Shown here: piece by piece, positions 6,738 through 13,416 of the stretch
How positions within the stretch are numbered: position 1 is the first letter of the stretch
How the letters are laid out: each line of letters opens with the position of its first letter
Source: Bdellovibrionales bacterium
GTDB taxonomy: Bacteria > Bdellovibrionota > Bdellovibrionia > Bdellovibrionales > JAMPXM01
Direction: 5' to 3'
NCBI GenBank assembly: GCA_043739185.1
Contig: JAYUEN010000297.1
Span: 1 to 13,416 of the forward strand
DNA length: 13,416 nt
Notes under the pieces: generated by a model
Database searches by the model: none
The model's input: the letters and a program-made list of their open reading frames with translations, nothing else
Told to the model about the DNA's origin: nothing
Position numbers and translations under genes: made by a program

Positions 6738-8027
6738 TCAACGCATCCAAAACATAGCTAATACTGCTAGAGCCATTACAAATACTGTTAGCCAGCCCAA
6801 TACTTCGAGTTTTTTTCGAACAACTAGTTTTCCCATGATATCTGTTCGCCTAATAATCAACATCATAACGACCATGATTGGCACTGAAATAATTCCATTG
6901 ATCACCGCACTCAAATAAAGTGCTTTGATGGGATCCATCTTAGTAAATCCGAGCCCGATGCCAAATAGAGTTGAAATGACTATAATTCCATAGAAACGTC
7001 TTGCGCCCATTGGTTCAATTTCAAGACTTCTATTTTTCCAATCAAAGGCTTCGGCGATTGCATAAGCTGACGACCCGGCAAGTACCGGGACAGCCAATAA
7101 GCCAGTACCTATTATGCCCGCACTAAAAAGAAAATATGCAAACTCACCTGCAAGTGGCCTTAAGGCTTTTGCAGCATCGGAAGAGGTCTGAATGTCGGTA
7201 GTTCCATGCATATGAAGGGTAACCGCCGCAGTCAAAATAATGAAGAATGCTACCAAATTTGAAAATCCCATTCCGACATAGGTATCAATCTTGATGCGAT
7301 GAAAATTTGACTTTACTTCTTTCGGAGCATCTTTGAGTGCGTGAGCTAGCGGGTTAAGATTTTCCTCTTCAACTTCTTGTGAAGCCTGCCAGAAAAACAA
7401 GTAAGGGCTAATGGTAGTGCCCATTACACCCACAACTGTTGTAATGTAGTCAGCTTTCCAAGAAATTTGCGGGACGAACGTTTTAAACAAGACATCACTC
7501 CAATTTACTTGGACAACGAAAACTGTAGCCACATATGCAAGTAGTGCCAGAGTTAGCCATTTGAGAAATCGTACATATCGGCTATACGGAATAAATAGCT
7601 GAAGAAGCAATGAAAATAGTCCAAAGCCGGCTGCATAAATTTGAGGTGGCCCCCCAACTATTAAACTTAAGGATCCTCCCATGGCTGAAACATCGGCAGC
7701 AATATTTATAGTATTAGCAATGAGTAAAAGGCCTATGATGCTAAACAATAGCCACTTCGGATAATATTTGCGGATGTTAGTGCCAAGTCCTTGACCTGTC
7801 ACCCGACCAATTCTCGCGCTGACTATCTGAATCCCAACCATAAGAGGAAAAGTAAAAATTGCGGCCCAAAGCATATTTAGACCAAATTGCGCTCCGGCCT
7901 GCGAGTAAGTAGCAATCCCACTTGGATCATCGTCTGCGGCTCCCGTAATTAAACCTGGGCCTAGCTTTTCGACCCAAGATCTATTTTTGATTTTTTTTTC
8001 CGAAGAGTTGTTTCGATTCACTCTCAC
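6738..8027 (-). CDS. NRAMP (SLC11)-family divalent metal cation transporter, non-canonical clade, 429 aa
   Basis: LGPGLITGAADDDPSGIATYSQAGAQFG (TM1), ARIGRVTGQGL, GTTISPYLFFWQ (TM6), about 11 hydrophobic segments. GTG start. Confidence 0.92.
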   Translation of the reverse strand: MRVNRNNSSEKKIKNRSWVEKLGPGLITGAADDDPSGIATYSQAGAQFGLNMLWAAIFTFPLMVGIQIVSARIGRVTGQGLGTNIRKYYPKWLLFSIIGLLLIANTINIAADVSAMGGSLSLIVGGPPQIYAAGFGLFSLLLQLFIPYSRYVRFLKWLTLALLAYVATVFVVQVNWSDVLFKTFVPQISWKADYITTVVGVMGTTISPYLFFWQASQEVEEENLNPLAHALKDAPKEVKSNFHRIKIDTYVGMGFSNLVAFFIILTAAVTLHMHGTTDIQTSSDAAKALRPLAGEFAYFLFSAGIIGTGLLAVPVLAGSSAYAIAEAFDWKNRSLEIEPMGARRFYGIIVISTLFGIGLGFTKMDPIKALYLSAVINGIISVPIMVVMMLIIRRTDIMGKLVVRKKLEVLGWLTVFVMALAVLAMFWMR

Positions 8028-8501
8028 ATCTTAATTGAACTAAAGAGAAAGTCATCAGGAGTCTTATGAAGCCTTCACAAATTCAAGTCATTTAATTTGC
8101 TATGACTTATAGGCAAAATGGATTTTTGCGTTAGCTTGGTTAGATAAACCTCTAAAAAAATACTTGCCTCTTAATCGCCTGGACTTAGCACAAATGACAG
8201 TACAATATATTTTCCGGAAGATGGGATTCAAATTGTACAGTAAAACTTGTGGCACATCGTTAAAAATTAAAGGGCCAAATCGAAAACCCTTCACATGAAT
8301 TTGTTCTGGGTCATTTTCATTCCTGATAATAATGGCTCCCAACTGCTTTATAAGAATCCTTAATCGAGTAATTGAGCTTCCTCCGCGCCCAGCTAAAAAT
8401 GAAAACGAAGTTGAAAGCGAACTAAAAGATTCTTTGAAAGCGAGTTTTCAAATGCATAGTTAAGGCACAAGTCCAAAGAGATTCACAAATTTAGTTCACA
8501 C

Positions 8502-9449
8502 TTAAATGTTTGGTTTGGGCTTAGAGCGAAAGTTAGTATCTAGTGCCACTATAAACAGAATGAAAACAATAAAGGCAAGTGAAAGCCAGCTGGGAATTTG
8601 AATAACTTCGGTCAATAGCATTTTCAAACCAATGAACCCGAGAATAAAGGCAAGACCTATTTTCAGATAGTTAAGGCGAGAAATCCAGGGCGTTATTAAG
8701 AAAAAAATTGCCCGCAATCCTAAAATCGCAAAAATATTTGAGCTAAACGCAACGAACGAGTCTTGAGTTACTGCAAAAACTGCAGGAATTGAATCGAGTG
8801 CAAAAACCAGATCCGTAAACTCTACAATAATTAGGGCAAACAAAATGGGAGTTGCCTTTAGCTTTTGATTTTCTATGATCAAGAATTTACCTGATTTAGA
8901 ACTGATGGTAGACGGTACTAATTTTCTGACATACCTGACCAACCCACTCTCTTGAAACGAATGATCTTTATTTTTACCAAGTGAAATTTTAACGGCAGTT
9001 AAAACAAGTAAAAATCCAAAGACATACTGAATCCAGTGAAATTTATGAAATAGGATTGAGCCGCTTAAAATGAATATTCCCCTGAAAACAATAGCGCCAA
9101 GTATACCAAAAAAGAGAACTCGATGCTGATGGGCTTTTTCAATTTGAAAGGCTTCGAAAATCATTAAGATGGCAAATAGATTGTCAATACTTAAGCTTTT
9201 TTCAACCAAATACCCTGTGAGAAATTCAAGACCAAGCTTATTTCCGAAAAAAAACGCGAAAGCAAAATTAAAAAGCAAAGCCAGAACGATCCAAAAACCA
9301 CACTCTAACAAATTCCAATTGGCAATCTTTCTGTCTTTCAATTTGCTAGAAATCTTCAAATCAATTATGAGCAGAAAAATAATACTGACGGTAAAAATGA
9401 GCCAAAGACTAGTGGGTACGATAGAATTATTATAAATAGTAAGTCCCAT
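8502..9449 (-). CDS. terC: TerC/Alx-family metal homeostasis membrane protein, 315 aa
   Basis: Motifs YLVEKSLSIDNLF, QHRVLFFGILGAIVFR, EFTDLVFALDSIPAVFAVT, SNIFAILGLRA. The start is moved to the ATG at 9449, which overlaps the upstream stop (TAATG). Confidence 0.93.
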   Translation of the reverse strand: MGLTIYNNSIVPTSLWLIFTVSIIFLLIIDLKISSKLKDRKIANWNLLECGFWIVLALLFNFAFAFFFGNKLGLEFLTGYLVEKSLSIDNLFAILMIFEAFQIEKAHQHRVLFFGILGAIVFRGIFILSGSILFHKFHWIQYVFGFLLVLTAVKISLGKNKDHSFQESGLVRYVRKLVPSTISSKSGKFLIIENQKLKATPILFALIIVEFTDLVFALDSIPAVFAVTQDSFVAFSSNIFAILGLRAIFFLITPWISRLNYLKIGLAFILGFIGLKMLLTEVIQIPSWLSLAFIVFILFIVALDTNFRSKPKPNI

Positions 9450-9862
9450 TAGTTTGGACAGTGTGAAGCAAAATAGAACCAAATAGCGTTAAAATGAGTC
9501 AGAAAAATCTTAAGATCCTTTAAGCCAGTGGGCTTTCTAAAATAAAAATTAGCCCCCCTCTCATAACAATCGCAGATTTCATTTTCGAGATCGGCGTTAG
9601 AAAATATGCACACAGGAAGCCTTTTGAAATTGGGATCAGCTTTCAAAATGCTGAGTGTCTCCTGGCCATCCATTCCTGGCATTCTAAGGTCCAAGAGCAC
9701 TACTTTTGGTAGTTCGGTTAGTCGAGATCTTAAGTCGGTTAACGCCTGCTCTCCACCACTGGCAGAAATAATCTGCATGCTTGGGTCCACCATCAAACAC
9801 GCAGTCTTCATCAACTGAATCTGATCTTCCGAGTCGCCTATGATCATTATATCAGGTCTCAT
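9449..9862 (-). CDS. Single-domain response regulator (receiver; Rcp1/CheY-like), 137 aa
   Basis: PKVVLLDLRMPGMDG phospho-Asp motif, LPVCIFSN, CYERGANFYFRKP, and a C-terminal W helix typical of Rcp1-type receivers. Confidence 0.92.
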   Translation of the reverse strand: MRPDIMIIGDSEDQIQLMKTACLMVDPSMQIISASGGEQALTDLRSRLTELPKVVLLDLRMPGMDGQETLSILKADPNFKRLPVCIFSNADLENEICDCYERGANFYFRKPTGLKDLKIFLTHFNAIWFYFASHCPN

Positions 9863-10973
9863 TGTCTACCCTCCTTAACATTTTTGGATATTTGAAATAG
9901 AAAGTGCTTCCGATTCCGGAACTTGAAGTAGCCCAAATTATACCACCATTTAACTCAATAATTTTTTTACAAAGTGCCAGTCCAATTCCCGTCCCAGGAT
10001 AGTCTTTTTCATTGTGTAATCGTTTAAACATTTCAAAGATTCTCTCAGAATACTTGAGCTCAAATCCGATGCCATTATCGTTAACAAAGAAATCGTAATC
10101 GTTACGTTCATCAGTAAATCCAATAGAAATAGCGAGCCGGCGAGATTTTTCACGATAGGTAAGTGAATTGCGAATTAAATTGCTAAAGATCATTACCAAA
10201 TGAGATTTATTGCCAAATATATTTGGTAGGTTGGCTACCTCAATGTGAGCCCCTGCACTTTTTATTTCAAAACTGAGCGTGTCCAAGGTTTCACGAACTA
10301 TACTGTTTAGATCAAGATTTGACTTTTTAGGAATTGATGAATTGAGCCGCGCCATCTCTAAAAGATCCAATACCAATTCATTGGCTTTTTTGGCGTTGCC
10401 CTCGATAATAGATAGCGCTCGAGAAGCGGATTGGTTTTTCGGGTTCGGTATTGAAAGATTTAAAATATCTAGCCACGATAAAATCGTAACGATAGGAGAT
10501 CGCAAATCATGGGCCGCCACACCTGCAAATTGCTCTAATTCTCTATTTGAGCGCTCTAGTTTCAATTTTTCAGTGCTCAGCTCGATGGTAGACAATTCAA
10601 GTCTGGCTTGAATATCAAGTTGTTTCAATTTTATCGTTAGCGCGTAATTTATAGTTAAAGAAAGAGCAATAAACGCCACTGTACCCAAGGACCGCTTTAA
10701 AAAAATCACCGACCAAATTTCGCCTCTTTCAATCACAAAATGATCAAAAAAAAGTATCGCCGTACAAACGAAAGCTAATGCAATAGGTAGACTTGGTTTG
10801 GACGAAAACAGTGACAAGGCAATGATCGGAAGAAACAAAACCCAAAGAGTTGGCTCTGGGGGGAGGAACACCTCAAGAATACTTACGCCAACAACTCCAA
10901 AAACAATAATTAACATTAGTCTTTGAGACTTCAAATATTGATGGATTCGTGAAGCTATCATATGAATTCTCAT
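9852..10973 (-). CDS. Membrane-bound sensor histidine kinase, 373 aa
   Basis: About 4 N-terminal hydrophobic helices, then LERSNRELEQFAGVAAHDLRSP (H-box of Cph1-like type), NLIRNS, DNGIG, FKRLH...YPGTGIGLALCKKI. It overlaps the receiver gene by 11 nt. Confidence 0.93.
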   Translation of the reverse strand: MRIHMIASRIHQYLKSQRLMLIIVFGVVGVSILEVFLPPEPTLWVLFLPIIALSLFSSKPSLPIALAFVCTAILFFDHFVIERGEIWSVIFLKRSLGTVAFIALSLTINYALTIKLKQLDIQARLELSTIELSTEKLKLERSNRELEQFAGVAAHDLRSPIVTILSWLDILNLSIPNPKNQSASRALSIIEGNAKKANELVLDLLEMARLNSSIPKKSNLDLNSIVRETLDTLSFEIKSAGAHIEVANLPNIFGNKSHLVMIFSNLIRNSLTYREKSRRLAISIGFTDERNDYDFFVNDNGIGFELKYSERIFEMFKRLHNEKDYPGTGIGLALCKKIIELNGGIIWATSSSGIGSTFYFKYPKMLRRVDNET

Positions 10974-11023
10974 TATATGTTGATTTGATCATTCATTAAA
11001 TTAGATAATTTAGATCGGATCAT

Positions 11024-11036
11024 TTGTTTTAAACGA
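11024..11036. promoter_or_regulatory. Candidate LysR T-N11-A binding box in the divergent promoter region
   Basis: TTGTTTTAAACGA is a T-N11-A dyad with one mismatch (TyGTTT-N-AAACGA), lying between the divergent kinase and LysR genes. Confidence 0.5.
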
Positions 11037-11111
11037 TTGATTGATACAGCTAAATTTATTGAATTTTTATATCAGCTTGACCAATTTTTGAATTATGCGC
11101 AAATATTGGAT

Positions 11112-11999
11112 ATGGAGTGGTTGAACTATCATCATTTATTTTATTTTCGTATGATTGCAAAAGAAGGTGGAATTGCCCGCGCAGCCGATAAACTGCGATT
11201 GGGACAGCCCACTCTAAGCACGCAACTCAGGCAGCTTGAAAACAGGATTGGAAAGCCTTTATTTGAGCGTTCCAACAGAAGATTAATTCTCACCGAAGCC
11301 GGCCGGGCAGCACTTGATTATTCCGATGAAATATTTCGCCTTGGCGAAGAAATGATTGAAGTGCTCCAAGATAGAATTTCAGGCAATCAAATTCATCTTC
11401 AGGTCGGAGCTCTGGATAGTGTTCCTAAAGGTGTTATTTTGAACTTGGTCAAGGAGGCCTATAAAATTTCTCCAAAATGCACGGTGTCGATTCTAGAAGG
11501 AGCTGGGGACGAATTATTTCGTGAGCTCTACAATCATAAAATTGATTTAATTTTGACCAATTACCCTTCGCCAGCGATGAGTCAAAAACAGGTGTTTTCA
11601 AAGTCCGTTGCAAAACTATATGTTACAGTTTTTGGAACCTCCAATTACCTAAAGCTCAAAAAGGGCTTTCCTGAATCTTTGAGAGATCAGGAGTTTGTTC
11701 TACCCACAGGACATAGTAAGTTAAGACACGATATAAACCATTTTTTTAAACTTAAAAATATTCGCATTTTCTGTCGGGCAGAGCTGCAAGACTCGAGTTT
11801 ACAAATCCAATTTGCCAAAGAGGGAATTGGACTTGCCCCACTTTCAGAAATTTCAAGGGTAGACTATTTACGGGAAGGAATTTTACATCGAATTGGGGTT
11901 CTCAAAGGGGTTTATGAGGAAATTTGGTTGATATCTTCCCAGAGAAAAGTTGAGAATCCTATCGCCGCCCAGCTTATTAAGTCATTTACTTTGTATTGA
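11112..11999 (+). CDS. nhaR: NhaR-like LysR-family transcriptional regulator, 295 aa
   Basis: The N-terminus MEWLNYHHLFYF...EGGIARAA..L...QPTLSTQLRQLE is characteristic of NhaR-type LTTRs, as are GALDSVPK and HSKLR. The start is moved from the ORF-track start at 11037 to the ATG at 11112. Confidence 0.88.
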   Translation: MEWLNYHHLFYFRMIAKEGGIARAADKLRLGQPTLSTQLRQLENRIGKPLFERSNRRLILTEAGRAALDYSDEIFRLGEEMIEVLQDRISGNQIHLQVGALDSVPKGVILNLVKEAYKISPKCTVSILEGAGDELFRELYNHKIDLILTNYPSPAMSQKQVFSKSVAKLYVTVFGTSNYLKLKKGFPESLRDQEFVLPTGHSKLRHDINHFFKLKNIRIFCRAELQDSSLQIQFAKEGIGLAPLSEISRVDYLREGILHRIGVLKGVYEEIWLISSQRKVENPIAAQLIKSFTLY

Positions 12000-12159
12000 A
12001 ATGAGAAGGAATATTATTCAACTAATTACATTAGTCTCCGTTTTCAAATTTGAGCAAAATATCATAAGAGGCGTGCAAGAGACTCAAGAATGGCCGACAC
12101 ACAAATTAACAATTCTTAACTTATCACGGAGAGTAGTGCAATCCATAGCGGCGCAAGAC

Positions 12160-12999
12160 TCAAATGGTCTTTACCTTCACATCTCTCCTTTGTTTCAAAA
12201 TTGTGCGAAACGGAAATACAAGTAAAACCAATACCGGTAAACTTGTAAACAGCACCACAATCAAGGCCCCAACCGGAACATCAAGTTTATAACTCAATGC
12301 CATTCCTAGGATACTAATGATTGCACTGATTCCCCAGCCAAAGAGTAGGCGATCGCGAATTCTTGAAAAAAATACTGTGCTCAACATCGAAGGCACAATT
12401 AAAAACGAGAAGACCATCAGAACACCTGCGATATGTGTTGATGAAGTTATGACGACACCAAAGAGCGCATAAAATAAAAAGTCCCAGCCCCAGTGGGTTT
12501 TTTGATGAGGCGAAGAGCTTGCAAACATTTGCTTGCGAAACACAAAATGAATAATTCCTACGACTGCATAAATGATCGCTGTCTTTATTACCTCATGCCA
12601 AGAAACCCAAAGAATTTGACCAACAAGAGCATCTTTTAAATGTTCGGCGCCGTGCGCGAGGCGATCAACCACTAAGACCACAGCTGCGGACGCCATCGCA
12701 TATACAATTCCGATAATCGCTTCTTGCGGAAAATGCTCTTCGTAACGCCTCGCTAGGGCAAAAAGTGCTGCGGCTAAAAAAGTTGCGCCGAGTGAAACAA
12801 AATAGCTGGTTGAATTCGCTGCCCCCTCCGCCTCCCAAAGCAAAGCAAGTGTCGCTCCAAATGAGGCAACTTGTGCGAGACTGAGATCGACAAAAATCAC
12901 TCCCCGCGAAAGAACATGTAGTCCCAGATAGCAATGTATGAGTGCAAGTATCAAACACATCAAGGTCGGTGCGACTAAAAACGAAAAAGCACTCATCAT
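12160..12999 (-). CDS. Metal (Zn/Mn/Fe) ABC transporter permease, ZnuB/MntB-like, 279 aa
   Basis: YLGLHVLSRGVIFVDLSLAQVASFG, EAIIGIVYA, LVGQILWV, AGVLMVFSFLIVP; multiple TM segments. ATGA overlap with the upstream gene. Confidence 0.9.
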   Translation of the reverse strand: MMSAFSFLVAPTLMCLILALIHCYLGLHVLSRGVIFVDLSLAQVASFGATLALLWEAEGAANSTSYFVSLGATFLAAALFALARRYEEHFPQEAIIGIVYAMASAAVVLVVDRLAHGAEHLKDALVGQILWVSWHEVIKTAIIYAVVGIIHFVFRKQMFASSSPHQKTHWGWDFLFYALFGVVITSSTHIAGVLMVFSFLIVPSMLSTVFFSRIRDRLLFGWGISAIISILGMALSYKLDVPVGALIVVLFTSLPVLVLLVFPFRTILKQRRDVKVKTI

Positions 13000-13416
13000 T
13001 TCCCCTCAATAGCTTTCACAAGCTGTTCTGTAACATCTTCAAGTGAGTTCAAACCAGTTTCTGAGCCCACGGCAATGCCAATACTTTTCACTTTCACATT
13101 TGGCACATCTTGCAAAATACGATCGGCAATTTTAGAGTCATAAAAATTATCAACCAAAATAAGTGGTACTTTTTCTGTCTTGATAAGCTCAATGATCTTC
13201 AAAATATGCTGAGCAGTTGGCGGAATACCGGGCTTGGGCTCAAGAAAACCCACACCCTCCAGCCCAAACCTTTCAAGGAAATAATTGAGTGACGGATGAT
13301 AGGTCACGACTTTTTTGACTCCTGATTTCTTGATTCGCTCTTGCCAAGATTTGACTTTCTCTTCGGTTTTAGTTTGGTAGGCTTTTGCGCGCTCAAGATA
13401 CTGAGCTTTATGTTCT
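12996..13416 (-). CDS. Metal ABC transporter substrate-binding protein (ZnuA/TroA cluster A-I), C-terminal part, truncated by the window edge
   Basis: The frame is open from the right edge (EHKAQYLERAKAYQ...VVTYHPSLNYFLERFGL...EPKPGIPPTAQH), so the ORF-track start at 13307 is an internal codon. Confidence 0.9.
   Translation of the reverse strand, partial: EHKAQYLERAKAYQTKTEEKVKSWQERIKKSGVKKVVTYHPSLNYFLERFGLEGVGFLEPKPGIPPTAQHILKIIELIKTEKVPLILVDNFYDSKIADRILQDVPNVKVKSIGIAVGSETGLNSLEDVTEQLVKAIEGK

Noticed and set aside
8100..8342. 80-aa minus-strand ORF as a gene
   Set aside because: TTG start, no convincing RBS and no recognisable motif; left uncalled.
8028..9500. yybP-ykoY Mn riboswitch ahead of terC or the NRAMP gene
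   Set aside because: No GGGGAGUA-type core was found on the minus strand, and terC has no leader because its start overlaps the upstream stop.
11037..11111. N-terminal extension of the LysR ORF
   Set aside because: NhaR-type proteins start at M.WLNYHHL; the extension overlaps the divergent promoter region.
11950..12225. 91-aa plus-strand ORF after the LysR gene
   Set aside because: It overlaps both flanking genes and has no recognisable features.
158..13292. Remaining short ORFs (158..379, 748..960, 1194..1466, 1992..2210, 5385..5702, 5446..5661, 6136..6318, 9169..9435, 9606..9818, 9950..10153, 10279..10611, 12665..13009, 13110..13292)
   Set aside because: All lie largely within longer, motif-supported genes in another frame or on the other strand.

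Overview
An AT-rich (roughly 40% GC by eye) bacterial window. The gene styles suggest a Bdellovibrionota-like host, which is inference only. From left to right: the 3' part of an IS1/IS1595-superfamily-like transposase with a candidate right end near 712; a small outer-membrane beta-barrel gene; an uncharacterised two-gene operon; a sigma54-driven surface lipoprotein with a (Thr-Pro)19 linker and four Cys-rich 94-aa repeats; a GAF hybrid histidine kinase; a non-canonical NRAMP-family transporter; a membrane histidine kinase / single-domain receiver / TerC(Alx) operon divergent from an NhaR-like LysR regulator; and a metal ABC permease with a partial substrate-binding protein. The two-gene operon (1494..2806) is the best candidate for an undescribed system. 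It encodes a 90-aa signal-peptide protein with a short Cys-containing core and a 328-aa cytoplasmic protein with an HDxxxH/DD motif, and its Shine-Dalgarno is locked in a perfect 11-bp stem. It could be a regulated peptide precursor plus metallo-maturase pair. No database searches were run.
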